IMG/VR virus record: IMGVR_UViG_3300028196_001473
Reading direction: 5' to 3' (one strand)
Length of the DNA: 23,394 nt
From: a virus
The notes under the pieces: model-generated
What the model was told of the DNA's origin: nothing
What the model saw: the letters and a program-made list of their open reading frames with translations, nothing else
Databases searched by the model: none
Translations under genes and position numbers: made by a program
Shown: positions 1 through 8,054 of the stretch, piece by piece
Numbering within the stretch: the first letter of the stretch is position 1
How the letters are laid out: each line of letters starts with the position of its first letter

Positions 1-1179
1 TATGGTTTATACTCAGCATCACGATACCAACACGTTTGGTCTATGGGTACTTCATATAACCTCTCTGATGACGGTACAACTTCAGGTAATTTATATGGTT
101 TAGCGTTTACACATACAAATGTTGGTGGACAATCTAAATCAGGTTTAGCACACCAACTATTGATAATGGATAACGGTGTCACTAAATCCGCAATAGGTCG
201 TGGTATTTGGACAGATGGTACAATAACTACAACATCACACGGTACATCAGCAGATTGGAAAACAGCATACGGATGGGGTGACCACGCAAGTGGTGGTTAT
301 GCATCTTCATCACACACACACGCGGCGAGTGATATTACAAGTGGTACATTCGCAGCGGCGAGATTCGCAACGAGTACGAGATACAACATAGGTCTTATTA
401 CTGGATACAGTTCTCAAAGTAGAGATAAACTTAGAGTTTGGGATTCAAGTGAGTATTCGATTGGTATGAAGAGTGGGTATGATTATGGTCATATAGGATC
501 AGGTGAATACGCAATGTCATTCCAAATGAGTAACACCGACGGTAGAGGTTGGTGGTGGGGAGATACTTCACATACCGATGACCAAGGAGCGGCATCACTT
601 ACTACTCAAGGTAAGATGGTTATTGCGAAATCACTATCAATCGGTGAAGGTGAGTTGATAACAAACCCAAGTGACACACCATTATATGTTGAAGGTACGA
701 CTTCGGGTGAAACAGTATTCGAGGTACAAGGTACAAGTGGTCAGTTATTCTCAATAACAGATAGTTTAATAGGGGACATATTTGAAGTATCCGACATATC
801 GGGTATACCAATCTTAACTGTTAATTCTTCAGGTGTAGTAACTGTAGACGACACTTTACGTGTAACGGGAGACGTTATTGCATACTACGCATCCGATAAG
901 AGATTGAAAGACAATATTAAACCTATTGAAAATGCAATTGATAAGATAAAAATGATTGGTGGTTATGAGTTCGATTGGAACTCAAACTCAAGAAATAACA
1001 ATGGTCATGATGTGGGTGTTATTGCACAAGAAATAGAAGAAGTTTTACCTGAACTTGTTGGAACGAGAGGTGATGGTTATAAAGGTGTTAAGTATGAAAA
1101 ACTAACAGCACTATTAATACAATCAAATAAAGAATTAATTGCAAGAGTAGAAGAACTCGAATCTAAACTAAAGAAATAG
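1..1179 (+). CDS. Tail fibre protein with C-terminal intramolecular chaperone (Peptidase_S74) domain; 5'-truncated
   Basis: Frame 1 is open from base 1 (YGLYSASRYQHVWSMGT...), so the ATG at 43 is probably internal. The body is G/S/T-rich. The C-terminus has the S74 signature YYA-SDKRLKDNI...GYEFDW...DVGVIAQE...PELV...VKYEKL plus a coiled-coil tail; the predicted autocleavage Ser codon is at 892. Confidence 0.9.
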   Translation, partial: YGLYSASRYQHVWSMGTSYNLSDDGTTSGNLYGLAFTHTNVGGQSKSGLAHQLLIMDNGVTKSAIGRGIWTDGTITTTSHGTSADWKTAYGWGDHASGGYASSSHTHAASDITSGTFAAARFATSTRYNIGLITGYSSQSRDKLRVWDSSEYSIGMKSGYDYGHIGSGEYAMSFQMSNTDGRGWWWGDTSHTDDQGAASLTTQGKMVIAKSLSIGEGELITNPSDTPLYVEGTTSGETVFEVQGTSGQLFSITDSLIGDIFEVSDISGIPILTVNSSGVVTVDDTLRVTGDVIAYYASDKRLKDNIKPIENAIDKIKMIGGYEFDWNSNSRNNNGHDVGVIAQEIEEVLPELVGTRGDGYKGVKYEKLTALLIQSNKELIARVEELESKLKK

Positions 1180-2382
1180 ATGGGGATTCATAGAGGACCA
1201 AACATACAAAAAGGTGGATTAGTATTCGGATATGACACTGGGTATGGTTTATCTGGTGTAGATACAACTACTAGGTTTTATCGAGGTAAACCCACTACAA
1301 ATTATTTATCAGACGGACTTAGTGGTTATAACGTGGTTCAGGGATCTCGATGGAATGGAGCTACTCCCACTTACACTCTTGGTAATAGCGAGTTTAATAC
1401 ACCGATCGGCACTTATAATACCAGTGGAACAAGTTATATGTATAGTCATGATTATGTTTTAGATGATGATTTATCTACACTATCCTCACAGGTCGTAACT
1501 TTTAGTGTCTATTTAAAAAGAACTGGTAATGTTGCAAATGTTGGTATTAGAGTGTATGATAATGTTTCTGGATATAGTACCGTATATGTTCCTGTTACGA
1601 ATAATTTCCAAAGATTTTATTTGACTAAAACTTTAGGGGCCAACCCCACAAGAATATTTGTGATGATAGATAATACCAATGGAGGTATTATTGACTTTCA
1701 TTCACCAATGTTAGAAAAAGGTACTCCAAGTCCTTTTGTTGATGGGACAAGAGATGGTCAACAATCACTCTATGATTTTAAAAGGTCTTTCATAACTTTA
1801 GATAATGTATCGTTCGACTCTATAAGTTCACCGTTAGACCCAAGTTACGGACAACCTGTTTTTGATGGTACAAACGATTACCTTGTTACTGATGAGCAAT
1901 TTCTAATAAAAGGGAACCAAACATGGGAAATTGTTGCCATGGCTAACGGAGGTCCTGATTCACCTGCGGGTATTCTAACAAATCATCAGTATACATCACC
2001 ACAATCTAATTTTGGAATAAATTACGTAAGTGGAAATAGATTAGGTGCGTCTATCGGATATACAAATGGGTCAAGAGAATATGCATCTAAAAATACGACA
2101 TACGTTATTCAAGTGGGTGTACCATTTCATGCAGTATTAAAATATGATTCATCTAATAACACTATAGAGTGGTTTATAAATGGAATGTTGGATTCAACGT
2201 ATAGTCTTTCCGCAACTCCCAATTTTATCCCTCAACCAATATGTTCGGGTAGATGGACACCAGAATATAATGATTATTATTTTAATGGTGAGGTGTACGT
2301 TGGTAAAGTTTATGGTAGGGCACTCACATCCGACGAGATAAAACAAAATTATAACGCCTATAAAAACAGATTTAACTTATAA
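1180..2382 (+). CDS. LamG/concanavalin A-like lectin domain protein with inserted CBM-like beta-sandwich (paralogue 1)
   Basis: N-cap GPNIQKGGLVFGYD; LamG motifs FDGTNDY, FHAVLKYD, WFING, FNGEV..KVYGRALT; C-cap EIKQNYNAYKNRFNL. The insert (VTFSVYLK...FQRFYLT...PMLEKG) resembles CBM4/CenC-like domains. Confidence 0.8.
   Translation: MGIHRGPNIQKGGLVFGYDTGYGLSGVDTTTRFYRGKPTTNYLSDGLSGYNVVQGSRWNGATPTYTLGNSEFNTPIGTYNTSGTSYMYSHDYVLDDDLSTLSSQVVTFSVYLKRTGNVANVGIRVYDNVSGYSTVYVPVTNNFQRFYLTKTLGANPTRIFVMIDNTNGGIIDFHSPMLEKGTPSPFVDGTRDGQQSLYDFKRSFITLDNVSFDSISSPLDPSYGQPVFDGTNDYLVTDEQFLIKGNQTWEIVAMANGGPDSPAGILTNHQYTSPQSNFGINYVSGNRLGASIGYTNGSREYASKNTTYVIQVGVPFHAVLKYDSSNNTIEWFINGMLDSTYSLSATPNFIPQPICSGRWTPEYNDYYFNGEVYVGKVYGRALTSDEIKQNYNAYKNRFNL
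2341..2373 (+). repeat. Near-identical 33-nt segment shared with 5106-5138 (lectin C-terminal cap)
   Basis: aaacaaaattataacgcctataaaaacagattt vs aaacaaaattacaacgcatataaaaacagattt, 31/33 identical by direct comparison. Confidence 0.85.
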
Positions 2383-2386
2383 CAAT

Positions 2387-2719
2387 ATGTACGAAAACAG
2401 AAGATGGTTAGTAATACCAACAACATTAATAGATACAATTGATTTCAATCAAATATTAGAATCATCACCAGAATCGTTAAGATTATCGGTAGACGGTTTA
2501 AAAACCTTTATCAAGTATGAAGTCAATGTGGTTACGGAAGAGTATGATGTGGAATATCAAGACGCTGAAGACCCCACAATTACACATACTAATACGATAG
2601 AGGTCGGAGTTTACGGTAGACCGTCGATTTATTCAGAAGAATATAACGAATATAACCATGAGGAAATTTTGAATTTATTGAGAACATCCGAATGGTCACC
2701 AAGTAATGATATAGAGTAA
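2387..2719 (+). CDS. Small acidic hypothetical protein, probably tail-associated
   Basis: 110-aa ORF that fills the gap between two lectin genes (4-nt and 2-nt spacers) and is E/D-rich. No recognised domain. Confidence 0.75.
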   Translation: MYENRRWLVIPTTLIDTIDFNQILESSPESLRLSVDGLKTFIKYEVNVVTEEYDVEYQDAEDPTITHTNTIEVGVYGRPSIYSEEYNEYNHEEILNLLRTSEWSPSNDIE

Positions 2720-2721
2720 CT

Positions 2722-3957
2722 ATGGGAGTATCTTCGGGACCTAAAATAAAAAGAGATGGATTAGTTATTTGTTTAGATTCAGGTGCGTCTATAAGAGGGT
2801 TCACACCTAACGGCACAAATTTTGCGGATAACATTATTAAAAATTTAATCGATAAGAGTGAATACCCAAGTACCTTCTCTCCACATTTAACTGATGCGCA
2901 ATATTATACTTTATATGCCATAACTTATCCTGAAGGTAATTATACTCCCGCAAATAGAGATGGTGTCACACCAGGTCATAACGTACAATTCGGAAGTATG
3001 ACTTATGGTGCTAGTAGGTCACTTAACTATTATGTTCATGATGGAGTTGATTGGGTACCTAACTCGTATTTTAATGGACTGAGAATAGACGGACATTGTT
3101 ACGATTTATATTCATCTACGGATTATGTTAGTGAGTCAAATAAATTTTTAGATGATTATGAGGTAATTAAAACAAATTTTCCTGATTCAACTCACGTAAT
3201 TATCGCAAGTCATGCAAATGATAGATATGATGTTACGGGAATAAGAGAGACTTTAGTAGATTTAGGAGCACCTAAAGAAGTTTTATCATGGTCAAATGGA
3301 AGGAGAGAATTTGTTTTAGTTGGTAGACCTGGGTTAGGTGCGGGAAACGCATTTGGATGGGGTTATGAGAATGAATCGGGAGGTGCAGTTGCACATTTAA
3401 ATAGTGTAATACCCTATGAAACCCCCACGGCAAATTTTACTTTTGACGGAACTAACGAGTTTATTGATTTTGGGAGTGATATAATGATATCACCAGATAA
3501 TAAAGGATGGACAGCCGAATATGTTTTTTATACCCATAGTGCATCCACTACACAACATTTTAACTCTGCGGAAGCGGACGATTTTAACGCTAATTGGTTA
3601 GCAATATACCAATCGAAATTAGCGGTTTGGGATCACGGTCAGGGGATATGGAAATATGGGGACACGGTATTTAATAATGATACTTGGTACCATGTTGCAT
3701 TTGTTCAAAAATCAGGAACTAATATGCAGTACTATGTTAATGGTGAACCTGAGGGTGGTGATCATACATCATTCTCCTTTTCATCTGGTTATAGTGCTTT
3801 GAAAACAAGATACGTTGGTAGATATGAATATAATGGTGGGTATTCAAGATATTTTAACGGTGAGATACCGGTAATCAAACTATACAAACAACCTTTAGAT
3901 GATAACCAAATTAAAAGAAATTTTAATTCTTATAAAAGAAGATTCAACATATTATGA
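2722..3957 (+). CDS. LamG lectin domain protein with inserted ILEI/GG-like domain (paralogue 2)
   Basis: N-cap GPKIKRDGLVICLDSG; FTFDGTNEF, TWYHVAFV, YYVNG, FNGEIPVIKLY; C-cap QIKRNFNSYKRRFNI. The insert includes HVIIASH...LVDLGA...RREFVLVGRPGLG. Confidence 0.8.
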   Translation: MGVSSGPKIKRDGLVICLDSGASIRGFTPNGTNFADNIIKNLIDKSEYPSTFSPHLTDAQYYTLYAITYPEGNYTPANRDGVTPGHNVQFGSMTYGASRSLNYYVHDGVDWVPNSYFNGLRIDGHCYDLYSSTDYVSESNKFLDDYEVIKTNFPDSTHVIIASHANDRYDVTGIRETLVDLGAPKEVLSWSNGRREFVLVGRPGLGAGNAFGWGYENESGGAVAHLNSVIPYETPTANFTFDGTNEFIDFGSDIMISPDNKGWTAEYVFYTHSASTTQHFNSAEADDFNANWLAIYQSKLAVWDHGQGIWKYGDTVFNNDTWYHVAFVQKSGTNMQYYVNGEPEGGDHTSFSFSSGYSALKTRYVGRYEYNGGYSRYFNGEIPVIKLYKQPLDDNQIKRNFNSYKRRFNIL

Positions 3958-5147
3958 ATACAGGACCAAACATAGAAATAGAAGGGTTAGTATTTGGATA
4001 TGATACTAATTACGGTGTTGCCGATTGTGGTCTATCCACAAGGTTTTATAAAGGTAGGCCAACCACTAATATAAGTTCAACTCACCATGCGTATGGACAT
4101 AACTCAGGTAATTATGGAAATGATGTTACCGTAGTAGATGCCCCTGAAAAGGGGGATGGATGGAAGAAAGTTACTATCAAAAATAGAGGAAATAACTTTA
4201 GAATATTACAATGGCAATATACTTCACATACTTCAGATGTTGTGTACAGTCACTCAGCTGAGTTCGATTGGGGTAATATGAGAGATAAGGGTTATTCTAT
4301 AACTTTCGACGGTAGTGGGGGAGGTAGTAGAAATTATTTTCGTAACGGAAATTATACATCTAACGGGGGTAGTAGTATAAATGCAAGTTTGGAAGATGGT
4401 CATTTTGCAAGTAATATAGTAAAAAGTGGAAGTCATGTACATGCATGGTTTATATATCATTTCTCTACTGGTGTCTCAGGTTTAAATGATTATTTTTATT
4501 ACCGAGATTATCAGGTGGAGGTACACTCAGTATCAAGTCCATATACATCTTCCAATAGACCAAATACGGACGGTATAATGGATTTAACCCGTACAACAAA
4601 GATAGATGTCTCTAATATATCATTTGATTCAACAGGACAACCTGTGTTTGATGGTACGGATGATTATCTCTCACCTTTTGATTTAAATTTAGAGGGGATG
4701 GGTAGTTCTACTTTAGAGGCTGTTATATATATGAACAATTTATCTGGCACTCATAATTCCTATTCTATTTTTGGTGGTGTAGCCACAGGAAATAGACATG
4801 GTTATCATGAAATTAGGAATAGTGGAAGTGGGTGGAAAATGACTTATTGGACATCATCAAACTCGTGGAGATACGCTAACACATCATTATCATCAAATAC
4901 ATGGTATCACGTGGTTTGGGTTTGGGATGGTTTGAACTTGACGTGGTATTTAAACGGTGATCAAGACGGTACGTACACATTTTCAACATTTAGTCCATAT
5001 AGTCTTGGAATTACAAATATAGGGAATTTCCCTAACGAAAGATATATGAATGGTAATATATCTGTGGCTAAAATTTATAATCGTGCACTTACACTTGAAG
5101 AAGTGAAACAAAATTACAACGCATATAAAAACAGATTTGACATCTAA
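3954..5147 (+). CDS. LamG lectin domain protein with inserted beta-sandwich domain (paralogue 3)
   Basis: N-cap GPNIEIEGLVFGYD...TRFYKGRPTTN; GQPVFDGTDDY, NTWYHVVWVWDG, WYLNG, NGNISVAKIYNRALT; C-cap EVKQNYNAYKNRFDI. ATGA overlap with the upstream gene. Confidence 0.85.
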   Translation: MNTGPNIEIEGLVFGYDTNYGVADCGLSTRFYKGRPTTNISSTHHAYGHNSGNYGNDVTVVDAPEKGDGWKKVTIKNRGNNFRILQWQYTSHTSDVVYSHSAEFDWGNMRDKGYSITFDGSGGGSRNYFRNGNYTSNGGSSINASLEDGHFASNIVKSGSHVHAWFIYHFSTGVSGLNDYFYYRDYQVEVHSVSSPYTSSNRPNTDGIMDLTRTTKIDVSNISFDSTGQPVFDGTDDYLSPFDLNLEGMGSSTLEAVIYMNNLSGTHNSYSIFGGVATGNRHGYHEIRNSGSGWKMTYWTSSNSWRYANTSLSSNTWYHVVWVWDGLNLTWYLNGDQDGTYTFSTFSPYSLGITNIGNFPNERYMNGNISVAKIYNRALTLEEVKQNYNAYKNRFDI

Positions 5148-5164
5148 TTAAAAATAAAAAAATC

Positions 5165-5172
5165 TATTTATA
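5165..5172 (+). promoter_or_regulatory. TATTTATA motif 4 nt upstream of ATG 5177 (putative phage promoter)
   Basis: The same octamer occurs in three consecutive intergenic gaps (5165, 5426, 6549). Confidence 0.45.
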
Positions 5173-5176
5173 GACT

Positions 5177-5404
5177 ATGGGAGTAATACCGTCAACAGGA
5201 TCAGAAGTTAGTATGGGGAGAATATCAAGAGCTCTCGGGACTACTAATGCGTATCCACCACCTGTGGGGTCAAATATTAAACTCAACGGTACTTTAGGTA
5301 TTAATAGAAGTAATGCCATTACTAACATATCCGACATAGTTTCAGGATCCTCAACTGAGGAGTCGGGTGACTTTGGAGGATTGGATACACCAAACAATTA
5401 TTAA
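5177..5404 (+). CDS. Small G/S/T-rich virion-type protein
   Basis: 75 aa. The N-terminus MGVIPSTGSEVSMGRISRALG resembles the M-x-x-P-S-x-G-x-I/V-S-M start typical of small proteins encoded near phage tail fibres (recalled, not searched). Same strand as all neighbours. Confidence 0.65.
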   Translation: MGVIPSTGSEVSMGRISRALGTTNAYPPPVGSNIKLNGTLGINRSNAITNISDIVSGSSTEESGDFGGLDTPNNY

Positions 5405-5425
5405 CCTTTAAAAACTAAGTAATTT

Positions 5426-5433
5426 TATTTATA
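5426..5433 (+). promoter_or_regulatory. TATTTATA motif upstream of ORF 5452, followed by AAGGA (possible RBS, 5436-5440)
   Basis: Octamer seen directly in the intergenic gap. Confidence 0.4.
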
Positions 5434-5451
5434 TTAAGGATATATATAAAA

Positions 5452-5898
5452 ATGAAACTTAGATTCAAAAACAAACTTTCTAAATACGAAACACTCTATA
5501 TAAAATGGGAGGGTGTGCAATACGATCGTAAAATCTTAAGGAGATTCTATAGACGATTCAGGTGGATAAAATTTCTATCGATATTCAGTACTACATATAA
5601 AAAGGAGTTAGATTCTATGATTGATATTATTGATCATTATGGTAGAGTTAAAATATTTAACTTATTGAATAATGATGAAACAACATCAAGACTATCACAC
5701 ATTGAAAGATTATCAAGAAACGGATCAATAGAGATATTGACCTCGGGGACATACAACACCGATACATATAAACAAATAAGTAACCTACCAAAAAGTGATT
5801 TTGATTTGGTTGCTAGGAGAGTACAAGAACTCATAAAAATAGGACAATCTATCTATGTTCAAAATGATGGATTAGGGGAAAACTTACCAGGGGATTGA
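5452..5898 (+). CDS. Hypothetical protein (basic, predicted helical)
   Basis: 148-aa ORF coupled to the downstream GT by a TTGA overlap. No recognised domain. Confidence 0.7.
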   Translation: MKLRFKNKLSKYETLYIKWEGVQYDRKILRRFYRRFRWIKFLSIFSTTYKKELDSMIDIIDHYGRVKIFNLLNNDETTSRLSHIERLSRNGSIEILTSGTYNTDTYKQISNLPKSDFDLVARRVQELIKIGQSIYVQNDGLGENLPGD

Positions 5899-6542
5899 AA
5901 TCAAAGAACAACACATCGATATGGTTAAACCAACCTAAAAGAATATCTATTGTCGTTCCGACAAGGGATATGGTTCATAGTGGTTTTGCATTCTCATTAA
6001 CTCAACTAATAAAAACTTCTGAAAATGCGGGAATTGAAACATTCTTATTCTTTAACTCAGGGTCTGTATTATTAAATCAGAGAGAGAAGTTAGTTAAATC
6101 GTCTATGGAGGTTGAATCCGACTACACGTTATGGTTAGATAGTGACATGACATTCCCATCAACAACATTATTAAGACTACTATCACACGATAAGGATATA
6201 GTGGGGTGTAACTATAAAAAAAGATCTAACCCACAAACACCTGTAGCATATAGAGAAATTGGTAATTGGGATAGTTGGGTCTCTTTTGATGAAAAAGAAG
6301 ATTTAGTTAAGGTCGAAGGTGTTGGTATGGGATGTATTTTAATAAAGACAGACTTATTTAAAGAAATAAATAAACCTTTCTTTGAATTTACATACAATGA
6401 AGAAACTGATGATTGGTTAGGGGAAGACTTCAACCTTTTCACTAAGTTTAGAAATATTGGTAAAAATATATACATAGATACCAATTTGAGTAGAGAAATA
6501 GGTCACTTAGGAATTTACAAATTTGGTTCATCAAACCAATAG
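5895..6542 (+). CDS. GT-A fold glycosyltransferase (GT2-like)
   Basis: ISIVVPTR first strand, RE.LV, LWLDSDM (DxD), DIVG, GVGMGCILIK, GEDF.F, and a C-terminal GH metal-ligand His. TTG start is uncertain. Confidence 0.8.
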   Translation: MKSKNNTSIWLNQPKRISIVVPTRDMVHSGFAFSLTQLIKTSENAGIETFLFFNSGSVLLNQREKLVKSSMEVESDYTLWLDSDMTFPSTTLLRLLSHDKDIVGCNYKKRSNPQTPVAYREIGNWDSWVSFDEKEDLVKVEGVGMGCILIKTDLFKEINKPFFEFTYNEETDDWLGEDFNLFTKFRNIGKNIYIDTNLSREIGHLGIYKFGSSNQ

Positions 6543-6548
6543 ATTAGA

Positions 6549-6556
6549 TATTTATA
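6549..6556 (+). promoter_or_regulatory. TATTTATA motif 3 nt upstream of ATG 6560
   Basis: Occupies most of a 17-nt intergenic gap; TATTTATAG is identical to the 5165 site. Confidence 0.45.
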
Positions 6557-6559
6557 GTT

Positions 6560-7234
6560 ATGGGAATATTCAGAGGTGCACACACAAATAGTGTTCAGGC
6601 TAATTTAATTTTAGATGCGGCGTCACAAAGATCATATCCGGGTAGTGGTACTACTTGGTACGATTTGAGTGGTAATGGTCACAATGCGGATATATTAGGT
6701 TCCCCAACTCACGGAGAATTAGGTGGGGCTAAATGTTTTATATTAGATGCGGTGGGAAAACGATTTAACGCCAATACCGATAATAATAAAACTACAAACG
6801 ATTTAACATTAGAAGCGTGGATATATCCTCAAGACGAAGTAAGTTCAGGAGATAGAGGTGCAGTAATTCAGGGGTATTGTTATTTAAGTTGGAATAAGTC
6901 AAATAGAAGATTAAGTAATTATTGGTACTCTGCGAGTCCAAGTGGTTACCATGAACCAACAACTCAAATGGATCGAAATAGATGGCATCATTTAATGTCG
7001 GTATGGAATTCATCAACAGGAGAACTTTATCAGTACATAAATGGTGTTTTAGAAAATACGGTGACAACATCTACAAGTACGGGATCATATTATTCTGACC
7101 TTAACATTGGTTGGGAAGGTGATGGTAGACAGTTTTCGGGTGGAATATCAGTAATCAAGGTTTATAATAACGTTGTAAGTGGTGAACAAGTTTTACAAAA
7201 CTATAATGCACAGAAATCAAGATTTGGGTTATGA
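6560..7234 (+). CDS. Minimal LamG lectin domain protein without insert (paralogue 4)
   Basis: LILDAASQRSYPGSGTTWYDLSGNG, TLEAWIYP, RWHHLMSVW, YING, FSGGISVIKVYN; C-cap QVLQNYNAQKSRFGL. Confidence 0.88.
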   Translation: MGIFRGAHTNSVQANLILDAASQRSYPGSGTTWYDLSGNGHNADILGSPTHGELGGAKCFILDAVGKRFNANTDNNKTTNDLTLEAWIYPQDEVSSGDRGAVIQGYCYLSWNKSNRRLSNYWYSASPSGYHEPTTQMDRNRWHHLMSVWNSSTGELYQYINGVLENTVTTSTSTGSYYSDLNIGWEGDGRQFSGGISVIKVYNNVVSGEQVLQNYNAQKSRFGL

Positions 7235-7347
7235 GAACTATAGAAGAAGGTATAAATAAAGACAACCAACCATGTTGGTTTGTGTTAGAGGACGCCAACT
7301 TAGTTGGTGTTTATAATACATCAGAGGAAGCGGAAAGTAATTTATAA
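7231..7347 (+). CDS. 38-aa small ORF not in the supplied track (MRTIEEGINKDNQPCWFVLEDANLVGVYNTSEEAESNL)
   Basis: Starts in an ATGA overlap with the upstream stop and ends in a TAATG overlap with the downstream start, filling the gap exactly. Confidence 0.7.
   Translation: MRTIEEGINKDNQPCWFVLEDANLVGVYNTSEEAESNL
7261..7311. repeat. Twin palindromes CCAAC-N3-GTTGG (7266-7278 and 7295-7307)
   Basis: gacaaCCAACcatGTTGGtttgt and gacgCCAACttaGTTGGtgtt. Both extend into longer stems, the second using G-U pairs. Confidence 0.6.
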
Positions 7348-8054
7348 TGGGAATAAAATTGGGACAAAATATACAACACAAAGGTTTAGTATTCTCTGTT
7401 GACCCCGCTAGTGAAATGTCGTGGGACGGAACTAACTATAGAAATACCTCACACTCTGACGATAGTACAACTATTACAGGTACAATTACTCATGTGACCG
7501 ACGGTGGAGGGACATTTACTTTTGGTGCAAATGGTAGTTACTTTAATTACGGTACAACAAGTCCCTTACGTAATTTATATAATGTTACATTAGTAGGTTG
7601 GGTTAAACAAGGAAGTACTGGATCTCCACACCAAACTGTGATAGGAACTTCAAGTAGTTATTTATACGGTCTTAAACTAATGAGTAGGTACCACGGTGCT
7701 GCTGCCGTTTGGATGGGAGACGGTGGAAGTAATTCAAACTTACTGAGTTCTAATGTAGATATAACGGGTGACGGAAAATATCATTTATTAGCCTGTACTC
7801 GAAATGGAGGTACTGGTGATATTAAAATTTATGTTGACGGTGTTTTAAAGAACACTGTTGGGTTTACGAATACAAATCAATCTTTTAGAGGTGGTATTAA
7901 CGACGCGGGTAACACATTACTCGGTGCTGATTATCACTCTGCGGGTTATTATCATACAGGAAATATAGGTCAAGTATATGGTTACAATACGGTATTGTCC
8001 GATGAAGATATCTTACAAATTTATAACAATGGTAAACACAGATACGGTATATGA
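7347..8054 (+). CDS. Minimal LamG lectin domain protein (paralogue 5)
   Basis: N-cap GQNIQHKGLVFSVDPAS; TLVGWVK, YHLLACT, IYVDG, GNIGQVYGYNTVLS; C-cap ILQIYNNGKHRYGI. Confidence 0.85.
   Translation: MGIKLGQNIQHKGLVFSVDPASEMSWDGTNYRNTSHSDDSTTITGTITHVTDGGGTFTFGANGSYFNYGTTSPLRNLYNVTLVGWVKQGSTGSPHQTVIGTSSSYLYGLKLMSRYHGAAAVWMGDGGSNSNLLSSNVDITGDGKYHLLACTRNGGTGDIKIYVDGVLKNTVGFTNTNQSFRGGINDAGNTLLGADYHSAGYYHTGNIGQVYGYNTVLSDEDILQIYNNGKHRYGI

Noticed and set aside
5177-5404. RiPP precursor for the radical SAM enzyme
   Set aside because: It is about 9.5 kb from the rSAM gene, no RRE, peptidase or transporter is evident, and the N-terminus looks like a virion-protein motif.
7261-7311. Mini-CRISPR array or intrinsic terminator
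   Set aside because: Only two short units with a 16-nt gap between the cores, no cas genes, and no clear U-tract after the stems.
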